From positions 31,186,001 through 31,250,000 of the forward strand of contig NC_043004.1 in the NCBI RefSeq assembly GCF_006345805.1: a stretch of 64,000 nucleotides of DNA, in the 5' to 3' direction. Within the stretch, counting starts at the first letter, position 1. Every line of letters starts with the position of its first letter. The stretch is from Octopus sinensis. Lineage: Eukaryota. Below are positions 39,215-52,800 of the stretch, in pieces. The notes beneath the pieces were generated by a model, which saw only the letters and a list, made by a program, of their open reading frames with translations, was not told where the DNA came from and ran no database searches. The position numbers and the translations under genes are program-made.

Positions 39215-40973
39215 GAGGAAGAGAGATAATATCTGTAATCTTTTTATGAATCATGAGGCATCAATTAAGATTAAGAAAGTCTTATCTATGTTTGGGTTAT
39301 TTTGTTTAGTCTTTTATACTTATCACTTCCATTCTTTTCAATACTAACTAATGAAGAAGTGGTCTGTTTTTTGTTTTTTTTTTTTATTTCCTTCTGTTTC
39401 TTAGAGACTGAGCAAAGCTGGATGATAGAGAAAAAGATAGAGAATGTATAAAAAAAGTGAGAGAAAAAGACAGTGTGGAAGAATAGAAAAGACACAGAGA
39501 AGAAGTCTTAAAACAAGTGTAAGTACTCTTTCACAATAGTTACAATTCAAATAATGACATTTAGTTTGTATTTGTAATTAGCATTTATGTCTGTAAACAA
39601 GTGTACTAACAGTGTTTCAAATTTTCAGAAACAGAAACAGTACTAATACACTAGCAGTATTATACTACTCATTATTGAATACACATTACACATATTTTGT
39701 CATATATACAATAGAACTTTATATTCATTCGTATTATATACTTTTGTTGGAACTTCTAACTATTCACAGGTCAAAATTTGTTTTCCTTTATTAGAAATAA
39801 AAACGTTATTGTAGCCTTATCTAATGACAATTTAAAAAGATTTTATTACAAAACATATTAAACAGGACTCCATATACTAAAGTGGATAAAATATTATCAA
39901 ATATTTCAAATCTGTTACTCAGAAATAACTCCATTTACAGAAATTTGTCTAACTTTTTAAAATTCTTGTGAGTGGAGCAACATCTACATATCTTGGAAAA
40001 ATTATATTCAACCAATGTAATTTGGAGACATATGAGGTATGAAGGAATTCCATTCTACAAATTCCTTTAAACTTCAAAAAGTCAAATGAGTCAAAGCTTT
40101 GTGCTTAAGTCATTAAATTCAGCAGCAAAATTAAAAGTTAGTAAAAATACAGTTAACTCTTAAAAGCCTGAACTACAAGTAACTGCAGCTGTTACCAAGT
40201 CCTGAACTACTTATAATTGCAACTCTTCTGTGCAAGAAACAATATTTAGCCTCATTTTAGAAGGCATTTCCTGCCAATAGACTTCTTATTTGCACCATGT
40301 TAGCTTATATTTTGTATTTTATTGAGTATATATGTTCAAATTTTTTCCTCCTTTGATTTTCGAGTATGAGGGTGGGTAATACCTCAAGAAGAGTTAGGAT
40401 TCAGTGATATCACATATTAAAGATTTAATAAGAGAAGGAAAGTTTGAGAAAATAAGTTGATATTTTAGTGTCATCTGTCATATCAGCAATCAAGGTAATA
40501 TTGAGATTCATCAATTCTGAACAGGAGCTGAGTTATCACACAGTTGATCATTGCATCAATACTTTCATTAGAAATTTGAGCTGAACACAATCTCTGAATT
40601 TAGAAAAGTAAAATCTATTGAGCATTTCTTTGAATTTTTTTCTTTTCTTTTTCTGAAAACATTTTTTATAGGATGAGCAATGAAACCAGGGAAACAGTAT
40701 CCTCAATAGATCAATGGAGGCATTATCTTGGAATGCCTTTTCTAGTGGGAGCTTTGTAGCTTCCAAGTTACAAAGAATATTGGAACACAGTAGTCTTTGC
40801 CCAGCAATACACGTCTTGCAAATATTTGTGAAAACATCTCATATTTAATCAACTTAACTGTATTCAACCTACCTTAACGGTATTCAACCTACATGCCAAC
40901 AAGTAAAAACCTTTTCACAATTTCAATCAACAACTATCACATTATATCAGCAAGTTTCATCTAAATTATATTA

Positions 40974-41397
40974 CCGTAAATCCTCGAGTATAATCCACAT
41001 TTTTACCCAAAATTTAACGGTCAAAATCCCTAGTGCACATTATATACGAGGTTAAGAATGAAAATTATTTTCTAAGCAATGTCCGAATCTCTATTTGCTG
41101 TCCAGCAATGTTTATTCAGATGCAACATTTATTAAACATTATTACAGCTATTTCTTTATTTCTTGCAAACAAAATGCACAAAAAAGCTACACATTTGCAT
41201 TATATTATATATACAATAATAATAAAGGATGTTACTGTATACATTTTTACAAACCAAGGACATTACATAGACTTCGTTGACTCAAGTTAGAGAAGGGGTA
41301 CATATTATACACAAGGTTTAAGTTTTTCAGAGGTACAGCCCCCTAAAAATCCCCTGCGTATTATACTCAAGGGCAGACTATACTCAAGGATTTACGG
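40974..41397. mobile_element. Non-autonomous Tc2/pogo-like MITE
   Basis: TIRs CCGTAAATCCT(C/T)GAGTATA with TA on both sides. No coding capacity. Confidence 0.8.
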
Positions 41398-41400
41398 TAC

Positions 41401-41775
41401 TCTTTACCTTTTTACTTGTTTCAGTCATTTGACTGTGGCCATGCTGGAGCGCCACCTTTTAGTCGAGCAAATTGACCCCAGGACTTATTCTTTGTAAGCC
41501 TAGTACTTATTTTATCGGGCTCTTTTGCCAAACCGCTAAGTTACAGGGACATAAACACACCAGCATCAGTTGTCAAGTGATGTTGGGGGCACACAGACAC
41601 ATATATATATATACATATGACAGGCTTCTTTCAGTTTCCGTCTACCAAATCCACTCATAAGGCTTTGGTCAGCCGAGGCTAAAGTAGACACTTGCCCAAA
41701 GTGCCATGCAGTGGGACTGAACCCAGAACCATGTGGTTGGTAAGCAAGCTATTTACCACACAGCTACTCCTGCGT
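41401..41775 (-). mobile_element. tRNA-derived SINE family A copy
   Basis: Collinear with 44845-45222. Abuts the 40974-41397 MITE. Confidence 0.85.
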
Positions 41776-42103
41776 CTATATATATATATACCCAGAAGCT
41801 TGATTCCATGTGTATCATAGGTTGAAAATGGGAAGGATGGCTTCGCTTTGCAAATACTGATAGGGCACAGAAAATGTGTGAATAGCCAACTGGAGGAGGT
41901 GTCCTCCTGAGGCTAGAAGCTACAGTAGCATCCACCCTTAGGGGTTAGCCACATTTAAGTGGCAAATATACTTCACGATGTGATGCAGCTACTGTTTATA
42001 CCTCACCCAGAGATTTATTATTGCTTATATATATCTACATAGACAATACATATATATATACACACATACATAGACACACACTTACGCATACATATATATA
42101 TAT

Positions 42104-42490
42104 ACTAGCAGTATCGCCCGGCGTTGCTCAGGTTTGTAAGGGAAATAACTATAAAGCATTTTTAGAGAGTTATAGCCAAAAAATAGCAAAAAAATGGAAA
42201 AAAATGATGGTAAATTTATTTTTTTAGTTAAAAAAGGTGGAGTTGCGTCCCCTAGACAGTTTGTGGTTTATTTTTTTTGATTCTCGACCCCATGTCGAAT
42301 TTATCGATTTTTTTCAGAACTGGGGGAACTTTTCAAAATTTTCGCTGCGTTAGTTTTGAATTATGACATTGGGCTATGTGTGTTTCAAGTTTCATCAGAA
42401 TCGGTTGAAAGCCGTGGTCAGGGTGAAGGTACAAGCAAACAGACACACAGAAACACGCACAGACAAACTGCCGTTTATATATAGAGAGAT
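42104..42490 (+). mobile_element. Non-autonomous Helitron-like element (Lep1/HINE-type architecture)
   Basis: Begins ACTAGCAGTATCGCCCGGCGTTGC. Contains AAGTTTCATCAGAATCGG and a CAGACA-type microsatellite, and ends TTTATATATAGAGAGAT. No TIR or target duplication. Confidence 0.65.
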
Positions 42491-44190
42491 ATACATATAC
42501 ACACACAAATATATATATATATGCCAAATCAGACTGGAGCCTGGTGCAGCTCTCTGGCTTGCCAGTTCCGGTCAAACCTTCCGATCCACACCGGCATGGA
42601 CAACAGATGTCAAACAATGAAGATGATGATGTGCACACACACCATATAACAGGTAAAATACAATTCACATTAAGCACTAATATATGCCTGTAGTAAACAA
42701 CATGTATACCGTATATAACCATATTTTATACCACCAGCTGATATGAAGTATAACTTCATTACTATTTTCCACAATACCTGGAATTCTGGGTTATATTTTA
42801 AGCAAGTGTTACAGCTTCTAATTGCATAATTGGTAAAGTAATTATTTTAACCCTTTAACATTCAGATTACTGTTAAATGCAATGCCTGTTTATTCATATC
42901 ATTTTTAATTAGTTTTACATCATCCTTTAGCTCTGAGATTTCAATGACATGTCTTTATGTTTAGGATAAGTGTAAGAGGCCAGATCTGAGTACACAAAAC
43001 AAATCGAATATCTGGGACTGATAGAAATTTTAAGTTAAAGAATGTATTTTATTGCTTTATTTTGTTTTTTTTTTTTATTGCTTTTGCTTTCCTTTCATCC
43101 TTCCTACTGTTGCCTCCTCGGGTTTCTCAAACTCCTTTTGAAACAAGATATTTCAACTGTGTAATGGAAAATGATTTTGAATAACATACATGTACCTTTG
43201 CTATTTGAAACCACAGGTAAAGTAAAACACTTTTCAAAAGAGAATCCTAGATTAATCACCTGAAAATTTTGCCTATTTCCAGAGACGTTTGACTATTTGT
43301 GAGTTTCTATTAATACAAAAAAACAAAAGAAAATTACATCTTTAAGGAAAAGAAATTACTGAGTGATAAAGCAAACTGATGGCAGAGAAAAAGAGACTGT
43401 AGGAGAATAAAGAAAAAGGATGAAAAGAGGGGACTAAACAATGTAATAGAAGGTACTGTATAGAAAAAGAAAGATGTAAGCTTCATTTATATATATATAT
43501 CAAAGGGTAAAGACCCTCTTCGGTGATGAATGGCCATGGGATTGCACAAGTCTGGGCAAGGTTGTTTTTACAAGACCAGCAGTTGCCCATGGATACCAGC
43601 CTCTCCTCTCCATGCCCCGATGTTATCCAAGGGAAAGGCAAAGGGTGATACAGCTTGGCACCAATGATGTCACAACTCATTTCTACAGCTGAGTGAACTG
43701 GAGTAACGTGAAATAAAGTGTCTCACTCAAGAACACAACTCAGCCTGGTCAGGGATTGAATTCACTATCTCATGATTGTGAGTCCAACACTCTAACCACT
43801 GAGTCATGTGCCTTCATACACACACAAACACATTTTATATATATATGGAGCTCACTTCATAATTATGAGGTTTTGGGTCTATCCCACTGTGTGACACCTT
43901 GGACAAATGTTTTCTGCTATAGCCTTGGGCCAACCAATGCCTTGTGAGTGAAACTGGTTGAGAGAAAGTGTATGGAAGCCCAATGTGTACTTGTGTGTGC
44001 ATGTGTATCTATATATATATAAAAATACAAAATGGGACAAGAATGCAAAATATTCAAATAGACGATACAAAAAACACGGACGGGTCATTTGAAGCCTCTA
44101 ATCTTCAGTCAAAAACTGGATCATCCTCGCAATTTCGGCTGATTAATCTTGAGATTGCTCCGATCTGGCCAGCCCCAAGGAAAAACTAAG

Positions 44191-44237
<47 letters not shown>

Positions 44238-44240
44238 ATA

Positions 44241-45012
44241 TGAGGTGTGATCAATAAGTATTCGGACTGTTGCCATAGTAACAAAGCTAAAGCATGCAGA
44301 GTGAAGCCGCTGGGCATAGATTGACCTTGAACTCTGCTGTGCATGCACATTAAGTTTTAGTGTTCTAGCTCACTTATGCTGTTTACAGCTGTGCTTCAAA
44401 GGAAGGTGTGTAGTGTGTAATTGTTGCATTGACCATGACAGAGAAAGGTGTCATGGCGATATCTGCTCAGAGGCCTAAGCAAAGTTGCAGAAAGTGTACG
44501 GAGAGGAGTGCATGAGCCGCACACAAGTATACAAGTGGTTCAGACGTTTCTAAGATGGCCAAAAAAATGTTGATACTGACAAACGTTCTGAGAGACCTGC
44601 AACCAGTAGAACTGAGTAAAACATCATAAATGTGTGTGCAGCTGTAAGATAAAATCATCGAATCACCATCCATGTGTTATCAGAGGATGAAGAGATTAGT
44701 TATGATTCAGTTCAGTCGATTATCACTGAAAATTCGGGTACGAGATGCATGTCTGTCAAGTTTGTGTCAAAACTACTTTCAGCTGACCAAAAAGACACTT
44801 GGGTTTCAGTTGCACAAGATCTCTTTGACTGTGTCAAGAACAATACTTACTTTACTTTACTTTTACTTGTTTCAGTCATTTGACTGCGGCCATGCTGGAG
44901 AACCGCCTTTAGTCGAGCAAATCGACCCTGGGACTTATTCTTTGTAAGCCCAGTACTTATTCTATCGGTCTCTTTTTGCCGAACCGCGAAGTGACGGGGA
45001 CGTAAACATACC

Positions 45013-45078
<66 letters not shown>

Positions 45079-45463
45079 CATACGACAGGCTTCTCTCAGT
45101 TTCCGTCTACCAAATCCACTCACAAGGCTTTGGTCGGCCCGAGGCTATAGTAGAAGACATTTGCCCAAGATGCCACGCAGTGGGACTGAACCCGGAACCA
45201 TGTAGTTCATAAGCAAGCTACTCTCAGCAGGTATCACCAAGCTTTTGGCAAAATTTGATGCAGATTCTCAGCTCAACTTTGCTAGTCATGGTCAATGTGA
45301 CAATCATAAACTACACACCTTCCTTCCAAGCACTGCTGTAAACAATGGAAGTGAGCTAGAACAGTAAAACTTAGTGTGCATGCACAGCAGAGATTAAGAT
45401 TAATCTGTGCCAAGCAGCTTTATTACTATAGCAACAGTCCAGATACTTATTGATCAGTCCACA
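44241..45463. mobile_element. Mariner-derived fold-back element made of two inward-facing 5' ends, with a SINE at the junction
   Basis: 44241-44439 is mirrored by 45285-45463, with TA at both ends. The plus arm encodes the transposase N-terminus (TQVYKWFRRF...KFVSKLLSADQK). The minus arm encodes MTSKVELRICIKFCQKLGDTC. Confidence 0.8.
44845..45222 (-). mobile_element. tRNA-derived SINE family A, near-complete copy
   Basis: Pol III B-box-like GGTTCAGTCCC head, (TA)n middle and tail ...CCAGCATGGCCGCAGTCAAATGACTGAAACAAGTAAAAG. Other copies at ~3965(-), 5118(+), 7028-7390(+), 22625(+)/22790(-), 25075(-), 27090(+), 41401-41775(-), 43840(+), 49995(+), 50670(+)/50820(-) and 53575(-). Confidence 0.88.
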
Positions 45464-47252
45464 TATGCATGCATGTCTACTCATGTTTACATTCTGCATA
45501 ACACTGCATAACATTGACCAAAACAAAGTGGTCATAGACATCCCACCCCATGAACAATATTTCCTGTAGCTCTTGTGCTTCTGGCTTGTGATGTCCAATG
45601 AAATAAAAAGAATCACTGACAACAACAATATTAAACACATTGGTTATAGGTTCAATCACTGTGCATGGCACATTAAACAACACTGTCTTCTACTATACTT
45701 CAGATGGAAATTTTTTGAAATTACTGAAATTTGATAAATGGAAACTGTACAGAAGCTCATCTAGGAATGCAGTAACTCCCAATAAAAATTCAGACTATGA
45801 TGGCCTATCAACACAGAAAGGTAAACACACACGCACACACACTTATTTTACTTTCTCTAAAATAGACAGGAATTACATAACACCAAAAGGCAGTTAGATT
45901 TTGTCAGTCTTTAAGTCAAACATGACTCAGACAATTAGATTTCATTTGTCATGCATCAAAGGGGATTTAGTCAGTTTTCAAATTCTCAAGGAATTTGGGT
46001 ATTAACACGCCAAAATCAGTTCCCTGTTTTTGTTTAAGACTATAGCAAAATGGTGAATGATACATAATTTCTTTGTGAGACAAAAATAGCAGCACTTTGA
46101 TTTATTCTTAAATGCCTGTACCTTATCTAAAGACAGCCCATCAAATATTGGTTGTATCATCTTTATTTCAATTTCCCAATGAGCTTTGGAAGTGCTATGG
46201 TTTTTTCAAGATGGCAATGACAAAACGAGCTGCTGTGCTGGTCCAAGCAAATTTTTTGAAAAGTACAGTGAAGCCTACATAGACAATACACAAAATTTTT
46301 CTCTAGGAATTTACTCTCAAGGAGACAAAGATCCATTTCAATAATGGATTCCTTTGCTCTACATTTGTGAAAACAAGATCTTTGCTGCATTAAAGAGCAA
46401 CCTAAAGTATTTTATTGTGGATTGATGGTTTCACTAGCAAGTAATATAAGAGACTTCAGAACACTCCGTCAAGAGTCCTATGCAATAACACAAAAGCTTA
46501 TTCTGTCATTACAAGCTGGAAAAACAACACTTTCAAAGTAGATTTGGAAATCAAGAGACAAATGGGAGACCATCAGCATCTAATGCTAGGTAAGGAACAG
46601 GGTTTAAGAACAGAACAAAATGTTGTAACCTCTGCCTCTGATATCACACATTATCTTTCAGTCATAAATAAAAAGAATGAACTAATTTTCATCTGCTAGC
46701 AAATATCCTAATTCTTCCTATAGAACTTACATTACAAAGAACATCTAAAGTCATTCTGTTACTTAACAGTTCACTGACATGTACTGTTGCTTGAGGATAA
46801 CTGTAGTTCAAAGGTATGTCATCTGTGTAGTTCACATAAATTAACATATACACACATATATCAAGACTACACATGCTCCCACCATAAAGATTATTGAGCA
46901 CATTATATCCTTGTGCCACAAAATTTTATATGATCATCATTTAACATGCTGGCATGGACTGGATAGTTTAATAAGATCCAATGTCTGCTTTGGGATGTTT
47001 TTTACAGTTGGATACCCTTCCTAACACCAACCTCTTTACAGAGTGTACTGGGTGCCTTTTTTCCCCCATCATACCAGCACTAGTGAAGTTACCATGTAAC
47101 TTAGAAGGCAGAAAAAGACACTTTGACTAAATGGAGCAGAGAGATGGGGTGGATGCATGCTAGGTGATATATTCTTCCCAGCATTAAACTAACACACCTG
47201 CTACTTGTTCTTTCACCTGTCCTCGTCTTTTGTTTCCAGTAAATTTGAACTA

Positions 47253-48470
47253 TCAGGTCATCCCATAAGTTCTGTCCGAATTTTGAATAAAGAAAACAAG
47301 TGATTAAATGTTATATTTAATTGAAATTTAATCATCAATGTACTTTCCCTGATTATCTATGATTTCCTTCCATCTATTTACAAGCTTTTTAATCCCATCA
47401 ATGTAAAACTCTTGGTTTCAAAGCAAAGAACTCTGAAATGTCAGTTTCAACCTCCTCCTGGCTTACGAAAGTTATGTACCCCAAATGATTCTGTAAACTA
47501 CAAAACAAATGGTAATCTGAAGGAGCAAGGTTGGGAGAATAAGGTGGATGATGAATTTCTTCCAAGGTCACACATTATCCTGATGAAACATCACTCCTTT
47601 TTGATTCACTAAAGTGGGTCTTTTTTCTTCAAAGCTTGGTTCAAATGCTCTAATTGCTGACAGTAGACTTGAGCATTAATTATTGCATTAGGTGGTAACA
47701 ATTCAAAGTGAATTACTCCTTTGCAATCCCACTAGATAGAGAGAAGAACCTTTTTCCCATGAAGTTCCCTTCTCGGTTGTGGTTAAACTTTTTCCATTTT
47801 ACCAAACCACTGTTTACAACAGTTAACAGTTCTATAGAAGATCCATTTTCGTCACAAGTCTATCCAAAAAGGGTGAAATGAATTCATGAGAATGAAGAAA
47901 AGAGCAGATGTCAACTCAGGATTTGCGGTTGCTTTTGGACAATTCATGAGGCACCCATTTTCCAAGTTAAGGAACCTTCTTAAATTGTTGAAGATGATGA
48001 TGAACAGTTGTATGGTTAGAACTAGGCTTTATTGCCAATTCTTCAACTGATAATGCAGGATTTTCTTCAAGTAATATCTCAAGGAGCTTATCATCAAAAC
48101 TCAAATGGACATCCTGTTCGATCTCTATTTTCAAGGCTGAAATCTCCACTTCTGAATTTTGCAAACCATCTTCTGTAAGTTCTTTCATTCAAGCATTCTT
48201 TCCCATAAACTGAGCATATGTTTCGAGACACTTCAGCTGCAGAGTTTCCTTTTTTGTACTCATAAAGCATTATGTGCCTCAAATGCTCTTTGGATACTTC
48301 GATGTTAGGGTTTTAATCAAAGAAATTTTAATTCTATTATTCTGTAATATAATATTAAATTAGTTTAAATGTACACAAATTTTAAATTCCATTAGACATT
48401 CTAAAATACTATTAAATTTCATCCAATTTTAAAAAAGGTAAAATCAGACAGAACTTATGGGATGACCTGA
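47253..48470 (-). mobile_element. Full-length decayed mariner (DD34D) transposon
   Basis: 24-bp perfect TIRs TCAGGTCATCCCATAAGTTCTGTC with a TA duplication. Minus strand gives LRHIMLYEYKKG..., WVPHEL and HPPYSPTLAPSDYHLF. Frameshifted. Confidence 0.95.
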
Positions 48471-49794
48471 TATATATATATCTCCAGCACTCAGGCTGTT
48501 TGGACTTAGCCCGAGTATAAATTTAGTAAAGTGAATGTGTATTCTCAAGCTGATTTAATTTCTACCAACACTGACTTCAAGTATGTAATTGCAGCCAATA
48601 ACTCGGGCTCCTTTTATTGAGCCGAGTCGAAGTTCACTTATTTTCGTTTAGCATCTGGCGCTCATCTTAGGGGTGCCCTATGTCAAAAAATATCATTCGT
48701 AGCAGAAGTTCTCTCGACATCGTTCCCACAAGCTTGAGTCAGGCTCAAAAGTTACAGCCCAAGGTGTTATCTATAATCATAAAAATTAAAAGTAATTCAA
48801 ATTCAATGTATTCTTGAAACAATAAATTTCTATAGAGATTAGGATTTAAATTCCAATCTATGAAAAGTTTCCTTTCTACAATATATTTAAAAGAACAAAA
48901 AATTATTCAGCATCTCGGGCTAATACGAATGAGCCTTGTAGGTGTAAAAAACTAACTGGCATCTCTTGTAAAGAGTACAGGTGACAGTCAGATCACTGAT
49001 GTTTGTTGCACACTCTGCCGTTGTTATTTGATTGCCGTTATTCTGTGTGTAAAGATAAGTTGTGTTTTTCAAGACTGCTTTACTTTTACCTTTAACTTAG
49101 AAATGGAGAAAGACATAGTACTAGATATAAAAAAATAAGTCATTTGGGGCTAGAAATAAAGTGGAAAAAAACATGAAATTCTTCAAGTAGGCATGTGTTT
49201 TATGCGACATTTGTGATGAGCCCAAGTAATGCTGATGACACGGAGTCACCCCTGAGATATATATGAGAGATTGACAGACAGAGAGTCAACAGATGAAATC
49301 AAGAGAATCTCATTATAGAAAACAGAAGCACTCAAATGATTGTAACTTACACTGATATCTTTACTGAAGACCAAGTCAGTAGGGTTAAGAGTGGCTATAA
49401 TGGTAATCTAAGTGAGCAGATATGGAGACAAGAATTCAAATAAATGTACAAAATATATATACATGTAAAGAGAAGACAGACTTAAAATTTTCAGACAATT
49501 TATCAAGTATAAATATATATTCATTTTTTAATGGCACAAACTTACTCAGATTACATAAACTCAAAGAATTAGAGGGAAGAAGATGTTACAAGTCCAACAG
49601 CTGTTTCTGAGCGCTCGGAGTTACATCATAATGTTGGCAGAAGTCGTTCATCAAAAATTTGCAGCCAGCAGTGGAAACAAACAAACATTGATAAAATCCA
49701 GAACCGCTTTCATCAGGGTGGATAAATAAGAGTCTAATGCCCTCTCCCCTCTAATACTTTGAGTTTCTGTAATCTGAATAAGTTTGCTCCATTA

Positions 49795-49860
<66 letters not shown>

Positions 49861-52800
49861 TTGATTGTTAATCCTCTGAAAATTTTAAGTCTGCGTTCTC
49901 TTTTTACATGTATACATTATACATGTATATATATTTTGTGCATTTAAACCCAAGATCTTTATCTGTTTATTTCAATTATTCTCTCTTATATATATAAAAC
50001 CATGCAGGCACAGCTGTGTGATTTAAGAAGTTCAATCAGCAACATGGTTTCAGATTCATTCCTATTACATGCTACTTTGAGCAAGTGACTTCTACTATAG
50101 TTCTGCCCTCATGAGTGAATTTGGTACACAGAAACTGTATGTGTGAATATGTGAGTATGAATGTGGGGCAGATGGGTTGATATTGCATGCTGATAGTAAA
50201 CAAAGTTATTATCCACACAAAAAAATGTCGTGGTTTGCAATCTTCTGTGAAAACATCTCCAACCATTGATTAGATTGTATTTAAAAGACTAAGGGAAACA
50301 TTACCTTGCTTTGGAATCAGGTGAGGATTGATAATTTAAAGAGGATCTGACAGTAAAAAATTTGCTTCAATGAACTTTGACTCATGCAAGCATGGAAAAG
50401 TAGATATTAAAACAATGATCATTATATATATCATCATTTAAGTATCCCCTTTTCCATGCTTGCATGGGTCAGGAGTTTACTAAAGCTCTTCTTGTTACCA
50501 ACCCCTACTCATTTCTAAGCAAGATAATATTTCTCCATAGCCAGACATGTTTTTGTAGAATACTGGAAATGAATAACATTCATTTACAACAATCTCATAT
50601 CAAGACAAGGCGATACAAATATACATAAACACACACACACGTACGTACGTATGTATGTATGTATGTATGGAGGTGCTGACATGGCTGTGTAGTTAAGAAT
50701 CTTACACTCAAGCATGTGGTCTTGAGTTCAGTTCCCCGGGCAAGTATCTTCTACTTTGGCTCCAGGTTAACCAGAGCCTTATTAGATTTGAGAGACAGAA
50801 ACTGAAGGAAACATATTGTAGATGACACTTACCCAAGGTGCAATGCAATGAGACTGACCCCAAAACTGTATGGTCGGGAAGCAAGCTTCTCAACCACACA
50901 GCTACACCAATGCCTATGCCACACTCCGAACATACCTGAAAATGATGATACACACAAGAACAGACATAAAAACTAATTCATTCTATCTCCTATTACTCAT
51001 ATGGAAAGTGTTAAAATATAAGAGTTATTTCCTATATTCATTTGTATATGAAGTATCACGGTAAGAATATGAAATAGAATATATAATGAATTACTTTTTT
51101 TATTATATATAAAATCATCTCACACATCCATATCATACTGGCTGAACAAATATTGCTATCACTGCTGTACAGTGTAAGTTGTTCAAAAGTAAATCCCACC
51201 TAGTGTTGACAGTTGTTTTATTTTTAAAATGTGATAAGTTACAAGTGCAGTTAACCAACAGCAAACTGTATAATCTGTTAGTAACAATCTGTTAAAACAC
51301 CCCAGGTTATATAATATTTAAAACAATACTAAATCACAGGATTTAAGCATTGAACAATCATCCAACATTCAATATATGTTGAGGAAAGATAGCTTAGAAA
51401 AATAAAAGTATCTATCACACAAATCTATCACAAGATAACATCAAGATCACTTGGATATGAAGGTCACATTAGTGCTGAAGTTTAGGTTAAGTCTCTTCTT
51501 GATACGTACTGTGTGAAGTGATGTGATCAAAGAATGAATTTTAATAAATCCTAATAAAATTTACATGAATTCTGTTTATTTCCTTTTTTTTTTTTCTAAA
51601 ACATTTAATAAAATTCTATCCTGTTATTGCATGCAAATCCAGATTATTTAAATTGAGAATGAAAAAGATATGTTTAAAACAAGAATAAAGTAGTGATATC
51701 CTAAACTTTGAAAGTTTCAACAACTTTTGTCTATTACAAACATGTCCATTTATTTATCCATATAAACATTTTAAAATTTTGAAATTTAGATTCTTTTTCA
51801 GCTGTTTATAGTTATTTCCAATTTCCTAAACATTAACAAAGAAAATACTGAAAAATGATAAAGACATTTTTAAATTTTTTTGCTACAGTAAATGACACAC
51901 ATTTAACAAATCAATCTCTCAGAACTGTCACTTAAACCCAAATTTATACAGCAATTGCAGCCAACGAAAGAAATCAACCTGCAAGAAATAGCAGCTAAAT
52001 CATTTCAATTTTTACCCTTCAATTTTAAAATGGATGAATAAATTAGATAATGAATCCAAAAAGGAAATAGTAATGGTCACAGTTGGTATTCTGACCCAAT
52101 ATGGAAATTCTATGTAAACATTTAAAAAACTAATTTCAATGTTTGCTTAAGTTATTTACTAAGTTACAGATTTTAACAAAAGCTAACCTAAACTTATATG
52201 TAAATCCAAAGTTAACATTTTTAATATAAAAAAAACAGTTAACTCTCAAGACTTGATAAAATTTTCGGTCACTTATCATTTGTAAGATATTTGAGTAGAA
52301 ATGAAAATAATTGAGATGGTTGTCCACATTTAATCTATGAAGATCAATAGTTGAAGAAAGGTCTACAGGAAATGTGTGGAACATGAGATCCCTAAGTTGA
52401 AAAAAAAATAAGGATTAGAGACATTAAGAACATCCAGCTGTGAAGCAAAGCCTCAATAGTCACCTAAATCATACAAGGGTAGAAAATGGACATAAAAACA
52501 AATGAAAAACTACATACTTGTTACAATCAATCACCATATTGGTATCAAGTATGGTGTTTGAAACAAAACTATTTGTACAGTTTATTAGAATACATGCACT
52601 GAACACAACAGAATTGTTGCTACAGTGTCACTCCACTTAAGATTCCATTGCACCTACTGGCTATTCCATTATCTGTTGAATACCATATTTATTTTCATTG
52701 CTTTTGATTTTCAGTTTGCATATTTCCAACTTCAGGAATTGGGTTTTAGAGTGGCCTCAGCTGTTCTCTCTTGAAAATGAAATACCTATATAAAGTCTTC

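Noticed and set aside
44040-44192. CpG-rich repeat with CTGAAGA and GAAA on the minus strand
   Set aside because: The boxes do not assemble into hammerhead stems with a UH site. It is probably a repeat, but unclassified.
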